A DNA stretch of 32,000 bases from Nostoc punctiforme PCC 73102 (GCF_000020025.1 NC_010628.1:7380001-7412000), one strand, 5' to 3'; shown: positions 1 to 9,007, counted from the first letter of the stretch. A program made the numbers and translations. Notes: a model not told the origin generated them from the sequence alone.

Positions 1-954
1 GGTTTATTAGTTAATAATTCAGCTTTTTTAGCTGCCTTAATCATACTTTATTTTTGGGTACAGGAGCTTTACGACACAAGCACAGCACGATGGGCAACAG
101 CTACTTTAGCATGGTGTCCCTATTCCCTTTATGGAACTGTAATTTACACCGAAGGTCTGTTTTTGTTGTGTACCACATCTGCCTTACGAGCTTTTGATAA
201 AAAGCAATATATTTGGGTAGGATTCTGGGGAGCATTATCTACAGCAACCCGACTACCTGGAGTTGCTCTTATCCCCGCTTTTCTGTTTGTTTCTTGGAAA
301 GAACGTAGAGGTATAAAAGCTTATATTGCCAGTTTAACTGTTGGTTTGGGTATATCTCTTTATAGTCTTTATTGTCAAATTAAATTTGGCGACGCTTTGG
401 CTTTCATCCATGCACAAAAAGCGTGGCGTGGTGATGCAACAGGCTTTGCTTGGGAAGGTTGGTGGAAGATGTTGATGCAAATTACGGTAGGTTTCACTAA
501 TTGGAAATCTGGTTATATTAAAGACCCTTTATATCCGTTATTATTTTTAATAATTATTGGTAGTGGCTATTTATTATGGCGCTTTCGTGTATATCTGGGG
601 ATGAGTAAATTCCGCTATGGATTATATTTTTTATGGCTATTGTTGTGGTCATTGACAGGAGATGAATTATTTAAAATTGCACTAGTTTTCGGCGGTATCT
701 ATTTACTATGGTTATCACGCGCTAAAATTCCCCTTGTTACTGTTGTCTATGGGTTTTCTTCCTTTGCTTTGATTTTAAACACCGGGATTACAGCCTCGGC
801 TGAACGCTACGCTTACGGTATTGTATCGCTGTCAATAGCATTCGGGTTATTACTTGCCAATTATCCTCGCTGGGGATACCCAATTATGTACTTTTTTGGA
901 ATACTAATGTTCACATTTTCTATTCGATTTGCCCGTGATCTTTGGGTAGCTTAG
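1..954 (+). CDS. Polytopic membrane protein, GT-C-type glycosyltransferase-like (PIG-V/mannosyltransferase-like); 5' end lies outside the window
   Basis: Frame 1 is open from base 1 with no stop before 954, so the listed 163 start is probably internal. The protein is very hydrophobic and W/Y/F-rich with many predicted TM helices, and it sits beside two other GT-C-like proteins. The family assignment is by resemblance only. Confidence 0.55.
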   Translation, partial: GLLVNNSAFLAALIILYFWVQELYDTSTARWATATLAWCPYSLYGTVIYTEGLFLLCTTSALRAFDKKQYIWVGFWGALSTATRLPGVALIPAFLFVSWKERRGIKAYIASLTVGLGISLYSLYCQIKFGDALAFIHAQKAWRGDATGFAWEGWWKMLMQITVGFTNWKSGYIKDPLYPLLFLIIIGSGYLLWRFRVYLGMSKFRYGLYFLWLLLWSLTGDELFKIALVFGGIYLLWLSRAKIPLVTVVYGFSSFALILNTGITASAERYAYGIVSLSIAFGLLLANYPRWGYPIMYFFGILMFTFSIRFARDLWVA

Positions 955-991
955 GCTTAATTCTGAATTCTGGCTCATGAATTCTATTTTG

Positions 992-2560
992 TTAATTTTT
1001 GGTAATTAGTGTAAATCCGTTAGTTGCTCCTATAATTTTACTACTAGTTAAATTCATTTGCTGTAAAGCCTCATTATCTAATAGCAAATAAGATTTATTC
1101 GATAGCATTTTTTGTAGAAGTGGCACAGTTGTAGCAGTTACCTTGCAATCGCTATAAAAATCTAAACTGGGACGGCCATAAGCAAAAGAAGTATAAATTT
1201 GTGTTCCTGGTGAAACATTTGCCCGAATTAATGCTGCTACTGGTTTAACTGGAAAAGCTTCCTTTAATTCCCAAATCCAAGATTGCGAACTTACCAACAG
1301 GGTTAACACTAAATACATCCCTGTAAATAACACTGGAATAAAGTTGCGATCGCGCTGTTTAACTAGCCATGCTGCGATGCCCATACTTATTACCAAAACA
1401 ATGCTCATGACTATCAAAATAGGCTCTTTCTTAATAAAAAAGTAAACACAACCTCCTAAACCAGCAATAGAAATAATAGCTAGAAATATTGTCCAGCTTC
1501 GCACTCGGAAATGCCCATTCTGCCAAACTTCACTCAAATTAGCACCAATCGCCAAGGCTAAAAATGGATATACAGGCATGACATACCACGGAAGCTTAGT
1601 TCTCATAAAAGAAATAGTTCCCAAGTAAATAATTGTGGTCAAAAGAACTAGAGAACCCCAAGTTTCATAACGTTTTTTCCAAGCTAGATAAAGCCCTCCA
1701 GGTAAAAATAACAGCCAGGGAAAACCATATTTGAGTAATTCTAATAAATAGTACCAAACAGGCCCACTATTACCTTCAACAGTTTGTGTAAGGCGGTCAA
1801 AAGCTTGTGCTTGAAAATGCACCTCTAAAAAAGTATTACCATAATGTTGCCATTGAGCAATATACCAAGCGATCGCAGGAGCATTTCCTAATAAAATTCC
1901 TACCCATAAATAGGGACTTTTCAACAAAGCTAATTGCCGATCTGCAAGCAAAAATAAACAGGCGATCGCCCCCAATAGTAAAACTATCGTTCCCTTAGTA
2001 AGAATAATTAACCCCAGACAAAATCCCACGCCTAGAGCATATTTTCGGTTCTGACGTGCCTTCAAAAGACAAAATAACAACAGCAAGAAAAAAGAAATAG
2101 TCATCCCATCTAACATCGCCAGTCTTCCATGACGCACCACAGGCAACATTGTCAAGTAAACTAAAGCAGCAAATAGAGCAGGTAAATTTTGCTTAAAAGC
2201 CAAACGCCCCACTAAATAAAGCAAAGGCACACCTAAGGCAGTTAAAACCGCACCAGGTAAGCGTGTGGTAAACTCTTGCACTCCTCCTAGTTGGTAGCAC
2301 AAAGCAATTAACCATTGCATCAAAGGCGGTTTTAATAAAAATGGTTCTCCCTGAAGGGTGGGATAAAGCCAGTTACCAGTCCGGTAAATTTCTCTGGCGA
2401 CTAGAGCGTAAGTCCCTTCATCCCAGTCTCGTAAAGGGGAATTTCCCAAAAATATCAACCAGAGAACTAGAGATATTACCAGTAAGCTAAATAACCATTT
2501 TTTGGGTGCGAAAATTATAGTTCTTTTTGTGAATAGCTTTACAATATTTGGGCGATACAT
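992..2560 (-). CDS. ArnT/PMT-like (GT39/GT83-type) dolichyl/undecaprenyl-phosphate-sugar dependent glycosyltransferase
   Basis: 522 aa. The N-terminal segment RDWDEGTYALVAREI...WLYPTLQGEPFLLKPPLMQW is typical of ArnT/PMT_2 family proteins. It has about 12 or more hydrophobic helices and a soluble C-terminal domain. Confidence 0.8.
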   Translation of the reverse strand: MYRPNIVKLFTKRTIIFAPKKWLFSLLVISLVLWLIFLGNSPLRDWDEGTYALVAREIYRTGNWLYPTLQGEPFLLKPPLMQWLIALCYQLGGVQEFTTRLPGAVLTALGVPLLYLVGRLAFKQNLPALFAALVYLTMLPVVRHGRLAMLDGMTISFFLLLLFCLLKARQNRKYALGVGFCLGLIILTKGTIVLLLGAIACLFLLADRQLALLKSPYLWVGILLGNAPAIAWYIAQWQHYGNTFLEVHFQAQAFDRLTQTVEGNSGPVWYYLLELLKYGFPWLLFLPGGLYLAWKKRYETWGSLVLLTTIIYLGTISFMRTKLPWYVMPVYPFLALAIGANLSEVWQNGHFRVRSWTIFLAIISIAGLGGCVYFFIKKEPILIVMSIVLVISMGIAAWLVKQRDRNFIPVLFTGMYLVLTLLVSSQSWIWELKEAFPVKPVAALIRANVSPGTQIYTSFAYGRPSLDFYSDCKVTATTVPLLQKMLSNKSYLLLDNEALQQMNLTSSKIIGATNGFTLITKN

Positions 2561-2637
2561 TTAAGGCTGATTAGGGTAGTGAATAATATTGCTAATTATG
2601 TATCTAAAATACTTACGATGAATACTTTTTTGATGGC

Positions 2638-4029
2638 ATGAGAAAAAAACTGAATCAGCTTGGTTATCTTGGTTGGATAATTGGCGTGAGTGCCTTAATT
2701 TTGTTTGGGTGCAGCAGCTTACGACATGAGTTGTTTCAATCAAACGCTTTTGATTTAGGAATTTTTGACCAAGCAGTTTATTTAATTAGTCAAGGGCAAC
2801 CGCCTATTAGTTCTTTCATAGGTTTTCATATTCTCGGCGATCATGCTGCTTGGATATTCTATCCCTTGGCTGTACTCTATAAAATCTATCCTAGTGTTTA
2901 CTGGTTATTTGCTGTGCAGGCAGCTGCCTTGGCATTAGGCGCTTTGCCGACTTGGTATCTAGCCCACCAAGCTGGACTGAAAGAAAACCAAGCAATAGCG
3001 GTCGTATTTGTGTATCTCTTGCAGCCAGTGCTGTTTAATGCCAATTTATTTGATTTTCACCCAGAAGTGATAGCTATACCACTACTATTGGCGGCGGTTT
3101 TAGCAGCACGGTTAGATCGGCTAGGGTGGTTTTGTTTAAGTATTTTACCGGTCTTAGGATGTAAGGAAGTATTGCCCCTCACTGTTGCTGGGATGGGAGT
3201 TTGGTTACTGTTGTTTGAAAAGCGGCGTTTATATGGTGCGATCGCTATTTGTGCTGGTGTCGCCTGGTTTCTGATTGCTACTCAGGTAATTATTCCTTTT
3301 TTCAACAGTGCAGAAGCAATAGCAATGGTACGTTACAGCTATTTAGGTAATTCAGTTATAGACATTGCAAAAAATATAGTATTGCAGCCAGGACTGCTCG
3401 TGGGAAGGGTTTTTTCACTGGATAACCTAGAATACTTGGTTTTGCTGCTAGCACCTGTGATATGGGCGCTTTCCCCACAAGGAATAAAACCTTTAGTAGG
3501 AGCTATTCCTTGTTTGGCGCTAAATATTCTAGCTGATTACTCACCTCAAAAAAACTTGATACATCAGTATTCTGTTCCAGCGCTGCCATTCCTGGTGTTG
3601 GCTGTAATTTCCAGCCTCGCCGCAGGTAGGGGATGGCTACAAAATAAACGAGCGATTATCCTGTGGTCATTGGTGGCATTTTTATGCCTGGCAAAATTTC
3701 CCCATTTTGGAGGTAAATATTTAAAATCTCTAGATACTTGGCAAGCTACAAAACAAGCGATCGCTCAGATTCAAACTAAAGGAAGCGTTTACACCACAGC
3801 AGAGATTTCCCCGCATTTAAGCCACCGAAAATTGATTACGTTTACAACTAGCGATTCCCCACCTGCTGATTTAAATACTTACAATTATGTATTGCTCAAT
3901 GTCCGTCATCCTGGCTGGTCAAATAGTCAGGAGTTTACTGCTAGCTTGGCCAATCAACTGAAAAATAATCAAGGATTTCAGTTGAAATATCAGCGTGATG
4001 ATGTGTATTTGTTTGTCAAAGTCGCTTGA
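2638..4029 (+). CDS. DUF2079-family integral membrane protein (predicted GT-C-like)
   Basis: 463 aa. The N-terminal FDLGIFDQAVYLIS...HILGDHAAWIFYPLAVLY pattern and the polytopic topology match my recollection of DUF2079 proteins. Confidence 0.7.
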   Translation: MRKKLNQLGYLGWIIGVSALILFGCSSLRHELFQSNAFDLGIFDQAVYLISQGQPPISSFIGFHILGDHAAWIFYPLAVLYKIYPSVYWLFAVQAAALALGALPTWYLAHQAGLKENQAIAVVFVYLLQPVLFNANLFDFHPEVIAIPLLLAAVLAARLDRLGWFCLSILPVLGCKEVLPLTVAGMGVWLLLFEKRRLYGAIAICAGVAWFLIATQVIIPFFNSAEAIAMVRYSYLGNSVIDIAKNIVLQPGLLVGRVFSLDNLEYLVLLLAPVIWALSPQGIKPLVGAIPCLALNILADYSPQKNLIHQYSVPALPFLVLAVISSLAAGRGWLQNKRAIILWSLVAFLCLAKFPHFGGKYLKSLDTWQATKQAIAQIQTKGSVYTTAEISPHLSHRKLITFTTSDSPPADLNTYNYVLLNVRHPGWSNSQEFTASLANQLKNNQGFQLKYQRDDVYLFVKVA

Positions 4030-4146
4030 GCATTGGAGTAATAATTCTCATTGCTATTGATAAAAAGTCCATATATAAATCTGATTGATTGGTTAGTCGA
4101 AATATAATATTGAAGGTTGCGCGTCCGTTCTTGACAATATTAGAAA

Positions 4147-4302
4147 TCACCGATAATCGCGCTCCATCTCACCCTGTTTTCCTTCCGGTGACATTTCGAC
4201 AATTTTTCCTTTGAGTAGTTCAACTTTGCGATCGCTCAAAATGCCAGCGTCAATCATGCGCTGATATTCGTCAATCGTCCATTTAGCAACTATCACACTC
4301 AT
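4147..4302 (-). pseudogene. Truncated Uma2-family (DUF820) endonuclease fragment, N-terminal ~45 codons only
   Basis: MSVIVAKWTIDEYQRMIDAGILSDRKVELLKGKIVEMSPEGK matches the conserved Uma2 N-terminus. The reading frame ends about 50 aa in, whereas the family is usually about 190 aa. The catalytic core is absent. Confidence 0.6.
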
Positions 4303-4435
4303 GACGATTGATTCTTCCCAATGATTCTTTATATTCTCCCATTTTAAAGGCACTTCAAATCTGATTCAGAAGACACGTCGGCAAGTATGTGATAAAACTG
4401 ATACACACGGTAAAGTCATAGTCGAGTATGTAATT

Positions 4436-5002
4436 ATGTTAAGAGTAATTTTGCTGACGTTGGCGCAGTCCGCCATAGGTATCGCTACTTTTATTATTCC
4501 TTTGACTAGCTACACCTATAATCAAGTAACTGCTACCACCACTAACTATCAAATTTCTCAGAATACTAATAATCAATCAACAGGAATAACTATTGAACGT
4601 CTAGGAATAGGTGGAGTGAAGCTTTCTATGTCTGAGGCACAAGTCAGAAAAGTTTTAGGTAAACCTGTAAAAGTAGAAAATGGTTTTGTAGCCGCTATTG
4701 GTAAAGTTCGTACTCTTAAATATGCAGGCATCACAGTTGATTTAGATGAAGGTGCTAAACCAGGTAACTTTACTGTTTATCAAATCAAAGCAACTAGTTC
4801 TAAATATTCCACCATAGATGGAATAAAAGTAGGTGACAGACAATCAAAAGTGATTAGAACCTATGGAAAAACTGAAATATCTCAAGATGGTAAAGTTACC
4901 AATTTAAATTACATAGTTGAAGAACCCAGCCCTGGAGGTTTAAATTTTTCTTTTGAAAAAGGTAAAATAACAGAAATTTTCTGTTTTTATTTGATGAATT
5001 AA
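4436..5002 (+). CDS. Hypothetical exported/membrane-anchored protein
   Basis: 188 aa ORF with an N-terminal hydrophobic signal/anchor (LLTLAQSAIGIATFIIPL), followed by a T/N/Q-rich linker and a beta-rich domain. I did not recognise a family. Confidence 0.55.
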   Translation: MLRVILLTLAQSAIGIATFIIPLTSYTYNQVTATTTNYQISQNTNNQSTGITIERLGIGGVKLSMSEAQVRKVLGKPVKVENGFVAAIGKVRTLKYAGITVDLDEGAKPGNFTVYQIKATSSKYSTIDGIKVGDRQSKVIRTYGKTEISQDGKVTNLNYIVEEPSPGGLNFSFEKGKITEIFCFYLMN

Positions 5003-5061
5003 GCAATTTTTATAATTAAATACTAATGCCATTTCAATTTTTCTCATAAATCTTTAGTAAA

Positions 5062-5331
5062 TCAGACTAACTCCGCAGCTAAAAGCCTACCTTCAATTGG
5101 TTCATACTCATCTTCTAGTAACCATAACTTGGCTGCATTATAGTCATTACCAGAAAATACAATTTTATACTCCTGCGCTGGGTCATAAACTTGACAGTTA
5201 TCTTGACTGTCGCAAAGCAATAAAAGAATATATGGAGGAGATAACATGGGATCTATCCATACTTCTGTAAATTCCCAATTATTCTTCACTTGGTCTTGTG
5301 CGGGGGATGACGTGGTATTGGTCGTCTGCAT
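5062..5331 (-). CDS. Small strongly acidic hypothetical protein, candidate immunity/antitoxin partner
   Basis: 89 aa with 15 D/E against 4 K/R. A GGGGAGA Shine-Dalgarno-like motif lies about 9 nt upstream of the ATG. The start overlaps the 3' end of the upstream 112-aa gene by 53 nt. Confidence 0.5.
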   Translation of the reverse strand: MQTTNTTSSPAQDQVKNNWEFTEVWIDPMLSPPYILLLLCDSQDNCQVYDPAQEYKIVFSGNDYNAAKLWLLEDEYEPIEGRLLAAELV

Positions 5332-5617
5332 TGATTTTTATCTCCCCATAGTAAAGTAGAGTACGGCTACCATCTGGGCTGATTCTATAACCTATTGGCT
5401 CATTAAAAAACATTCCATAACGGTTATATCCTCGAATCATTCCAGTGAATTGCCCATTTGCTATTATGGCTTGAGTAACTATATTCATTGTAGGTTCATC
5501 GTTAAATACATGAGCGGCAAGTCCCCGTTTGAGAAGTCTTTGACTTTGAGGTGTATCTGCTATGTGCTTGGCAACTTGTCTAACGTCAAGGGTAATTTGA
5601 CGATTAATTCCACTCAT
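5279..5617 (-). CDS. Hypothetical 112-aa protein, candidate small RNase-like toxin (speculative)
   Basis: The ORF has no recognised family. It has a helical-looking N-terminal half and a beta-rich C-terminal half, with E73, R78, R85 and H102 in an order loosely like the barnase catalytic residues. It is followed by the overlapping acidic 89-aa ORF. Confidence 0.5.
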   Translation of the reverse strand: MSGINRQITLDVRQVAKHIADTPQSQRLLKRGLAAHVFNDEPTMNIVTQAIIANGQFTGMIRGYNRYGMFFNEPIGYRISPDGSRTLLYYGEIKINADDQYHVIPRTRPSEE

Positions 5618-5701
5618 GATTAAGAGTTAAGTTTTTTGTATTTCCAGAATTGATGCTGAAAACACTAAATTCCAGAATTACGGTGAAAATATAACGATCG
5701 C

Positions 5702-5830
5702 AACCCCAGATATTTTTACACAAAAAACGGTAGAGCAATAAATACTCTACCATTTTGTAATTTTCTATTGAGATTTAATCCCAAGCTCTAAATTATACTC
5801 AACGCCTTGGAATTAAAATTACGGATGCTA
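5702..5830. repeat. Degenerate copy of the clpC 3' end plus downstream terminator region (partner copy at 13285-13395)
   Basis: By-eye alignment of 5722-5810 with 13285-13378 gives roughly 85% identity, including the hairpin and the string ACTCAACGCCTTGG that holds the last clpC codons. Similarity decays further on. The copy carries stops in the clpC frame. Confidence 0.75.
5722..5751 (-). terminator. Rho-independent terminator downstream of the P-type ATPase gene
   Basis: The 7-bp stem GGTAGAG/CTCTACC has a 9-nt loop. On the minus strand it is followed by a T6 run (A-run 5722-5727 on plus). Confidence 0.7.
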
Positions 5831-5874
5831 TTTTTGATATCGGTTTACCAAGGATTTGCCAAAATTTACAGTAG

Positions 5875-8841
5875 TTAATAGGATTCTCGCAGATGACTTT
5901 TCAATTTTAACTGTATTATGAAGCGCCATAGTTCACCAATCCAAAGCACTGTCGATGTTACAACAATTACACTTATCCAGTCCACCAAAGACAAAGGTAC
6001 TGTTCTAAAAACGCTACCACCAAACTGAATAATCAATATCTGTCCTACAAAAATGGTAATAGCGATCGCTACAAATCCTTTATTCTTAGACAAACCTTTG
6101 AACGCAGACTGCTTTAACCCCAAGCATCGAGCATTGAACAAATTCCAAAACTGTAACATTACGAACACGCCGAAGAACACGGAAAGCTCATAAGGAGTGA
6201 TTTCTCCATCTCGACGGATATAGCGTAAGAAACCAACCAGAAAAAGCAAAAATGCTAACCCAACAGTAAAAATATTCTGTGCCATTGCTTTGGTGACAAT
6301 AAGGGCTTCTGGGTTACGGGGAGAGTGCTGCATGACGCTCCGATGAGGGGGTTCCGTCGCCAAAGCCAAAGCAGCAAAGGTATCCATAATTAAGTTTACC
6401 CAGAGCATTTGGGTGACAGTTAGAGGTAGCGCTACACCGATAAATGGCCCTACTAAAGCAATCCCTAACGCTACAACGTTGATTGTTAACTGAAATAGAA
6501 TAAATCGTTGGATATTTTGGTAAAGCGATCGCCCCCAAACAACTGCATTTACAATACTGCGGAAAGAATCGTCAAGCAAAATAATGTCGCTGGCCTCTTT
6601 AGCGATCGCTGTACCACTTCCCATTGCCAAACCTACCTGAGCTTGCTTGAGAGCAGCTGCATCGTTTGTACCATCTCCGGTGACACCTACTACCTCACCA
6701 TTCTCCTGTAATAGTTTCACCAGCCGCAGCTTATCAAGTGGTCGCGCTCTGGAAAGTACCTTTAATTGCAGCACTGCCTGACTTGCTTCTTCGTCACTCA
6801 GTTGATCAAATTGCTGACCAGTCAAATGTAAATAACCGCTATTAAAGTCATCTTCTTCTTGCCAAAGTCCAATTTGACGAGCAATTTCCTTAGCCGTCTC
6901 CGAGTTATCGCCTGTTACAACTTTGACTTGTATTCCTGCATTTAAGCAGGCTTGGATGGCATCAGGTACTTCTGGACGCAAGGGGTCTAAAATTGCCACA
7001 AACCCCAGCCAAGTCATGTCGTGAGCAATTTCGTCCAAGTTCGTCTCACTCGAATGCTGTGAGACTTCATGGTAAGCAAACCCTAGTGCCCGCATTCCTC
7101 GTCTTTGATATTCTTTAATTGCAGATGCGATCGCGGCTTTATTCTTGAGTGATTCTAGTCCTTGCTGTGTAAGAATTTGCGAACAACGTTCCAAAATTAC
7201 CTCTGGCGCTCCTTTCACATAAAGCACATCCTTCCCAGTTACAGAGGAAATGCCAATTGTGCCCATGTATTTTTTCTGACCGCAAAAAGGCATTCGGGAT
7301 TTTATTTGAAAATTACCCCGGTAAGATATGTAATCAGTATCCTGGCTATCTAGCCATAAAAGTAAAGCTCCTTCTGTAGCATTGCCAATAGGACGAGGAG
7401 TCTGCAAAGGTTTTTTCTCTAAATCAGCAGTACTATTAACTGCGATCGCCTCCGCTATTAAACCTTTCACATCTTTAAGTGCTGGCAACAGTTGAGAATT
7501 CAAACTAGGAAAATTGACTTCATATACCCGCATTTGATTTTGGGTAAGAGTGCCAGTTTTATCAGAGCAAATTACTGTAGCTGAACCAATAGTTTCACAA
7601 GCGTGCATCCGACGCACCAAATTATTGGAAGCTGCCATCTTTTTCATACTGTAGGCAAGACTGAGGGTAACACTCATTGCTAAACCTTCTGGCACAGCTA
7701 CCACAATAATTGTCACAGCTACCATAAAGTAGTGCAGTAATGCTTTGGCAACAGTACTAGGTACCCAGTTATTTATAGAGCCAGGAATTAGTCCTAGAGG
7801 ATAGCCTAAAGCAAGTCCAATAGTGAAAAATACTAATCCTATACCAACTGTTTTTAGCCAACTAGGAAGACTATTATTTTCCAGCCATTTTGGTGCTATA
7901 AGTTTGCTACCAGCTAGCTCCAGACCATCATAAATTACAGGTAGCCATACTCGGCTAAGTGTTACTAGCACACTAATAATTGACAGTCCGACAACATACC
8001 ACTGTTGAGAACTCAGGCTTAATTCTTTAGTGACAAAACCGCGCACCAGCAAAGATATGAAAGTGAAACCAGCAAATCCAAGACCAACTACACCAATGAG
8101 TTTACTAAGTTTTTCTAGTTGATGATTAAGCGGTGTGTCTTCTGTGTTTTCGATGCTGGCAATTGCTGTTGCCAATTTACCAATTTCTGTATTATCACCA
8201 ACGGCAGTAACTTCAAAATAACCTTGTCCTTGTTCAACAATCGTACTGCGATAAATTTTGTAAGCTGGGTAAGTTCCTTCTTCAATACCTTGATTCTCTG
8301 CGTCAGCTTGAGTAAGCTTTTTAACTGGTTCCGCTTCTCCAGTGATTTTTGACTGGTCAATTTCTAAAGATATTTCTTCTAAAATTTGTCCATCAGTTGG
8401 GATTTCTTCACCTTGTTCTACATATACAACATCACCAAAAACTAAATCTTTACGCTTAACAGTGGTAAAGCTGCTATCTCGGATGACTTTGATAAATACT
8501 TCGTCATAAACTTGATTGAGAATGTCAAATTCTTGACTGGCTTTATATTCGTTAAAAAAAGCGAGAGTTGTCGCTAACAAGATAGCAGCTACAATCCCTA
8601 AACCTTCAGCATATTCACCCTCAAAAATTCCGACACTAATAGCGATCGCAGCAGCAATCATCAGAATCCGAATTACTGGATCTTCAAATTTCTCTAAGAA
8701 CAATTTCCATAATGGCTCTCGTTCTGGAGGAGTAAGAACGTTGGCACCATATTTTTGGCGATTGAGCTTAACTTCCTCCAAAGTTAGTCCTTGATATGGT
8801 AATTGAATCTTGTTGCCCTGACTCTTCTCATTAGTAAGCAT
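5875..8841 (-). CDS. Calcium-translocating P-type ATPase, PMCA-like (P2B-type)
   Basis: 988 aa with the phosphorylation motif CSDKTGTLTQN, an A-domain TGEA motif, the hinge GDGTNDAAALK, the M4 motif VAVPEGLAMSVTLSLAYSMKKM (PMCA-like) and an N-terminal Cation_ATPase_N-like segment. Confidence 0.9.
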   Translation of the reverse strand: MLTNEKSQGNKIQLPYQGLTLEEVKLNRQKYGANVLTPPEREPLWKLFLEKFEDPVIRILMIAAAIAISVGIFEGEYAEGLGIVAAILLATTLAFFNEYKASQEFDILNQVYDEVFIKVIRDSSFTTVKRKDLVFGDVVYVEQGEEIPTDGQILEEISLEIDQSKITGEAEPVKKLTQADAENQGIEEGTYPAYKIYRSTIVEQGQGYFEVTAVGDNTEIGKLATAIASIENTEDTPLNHQLEKLSKLIGVVGLGFAGFTFISLLVRGFVTKELSLSSQQWYVVGLSIISVLVTLSRVWLPVIYDGLELAGSKLIAPKWLENNSLPSWLKTVGIGLVFFTIGLALGYPLGLIPGSINNWVPSTVAKALLHYFMVAVTIIVVAVPEGLAMSVTLSLAYSMKKMAASNNLVRRMHACETIGSATVICSDKTGTLTQNQMRVYEVNFPSLNSQLLPALKDVKGLIAEAIAVNSTADLEKKPLQTPRPIGNATEGALLLWLDSQDTDYISYRGNFQIKSRMPFCGQKKYMGTIGISSVTGKDVLYVKGAPEVILERCSQILTQQGLESLKNKAAIASAIKEYQRRGMRALGFAYHEVSQHSSETNLDEIAHDMTWLGFVAILDPLRPEVPDAIQACLNAGIQVKVVTGDNSETAKEIARQIGLWQEEDDFNSGYLHLTGQQFDQLSDEEASQAVLQLKVLSRARPLDKLRLVKLLQENGEVVGVTGDGTNDAAALKQAQVGLAMGSGTAIAKEASDIILLDDSFRSIVNAVVWGRSLYQNIQRFILFQLTINVVALGIALVGPFIGVALPLTVTQMLWVNLIMDTFAALALATEPPHRSVMQHSPRNPEALIVTKAMAQNIFTVGLAFLLFLVGFLRYIRRDGEITPYELSVFFGVFVMLQFWNLFNARCLGLKQSAFKGLSKNKGFVAIAITIFVGQILIIQFGGSVFRTVPLSLVDWISVIVVTSTVLWIGELWRFIIQLKLKSHLRESY

Positions 8842-9007
8842 ATTCCATCCATTAAATTCTTAAAAGCTATATCAGAGCTAAATTAAACATCAACACCAGA
8901 TAGATATTCAGTAATGCCATACAGAATTATGCAATGGCAGTATACAGTCGAATACCATAGCAATTATTCATTGTGAAAATAGTGAGATGTTTATTAATCT
9001 ACTTTCA

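Noticed and set aside
1807-2743. Small ORFs 1807-1998 (+) and 2561-2743 (-)
   Set aside because: The first is antisense within the ArnT-like gene. The second spans the divergent promoter and the 5' end of the DUF2079 gene. Neither has supporting features.
8900-8940. Inverted repeat TGCCAT-N13-ATGGCA between the protease and ATPase genes as a terminator
   Set aside because: The stem is only 6 bp with a long loop, and no T-run follows on the transcribed strand. This is not enough evidence.
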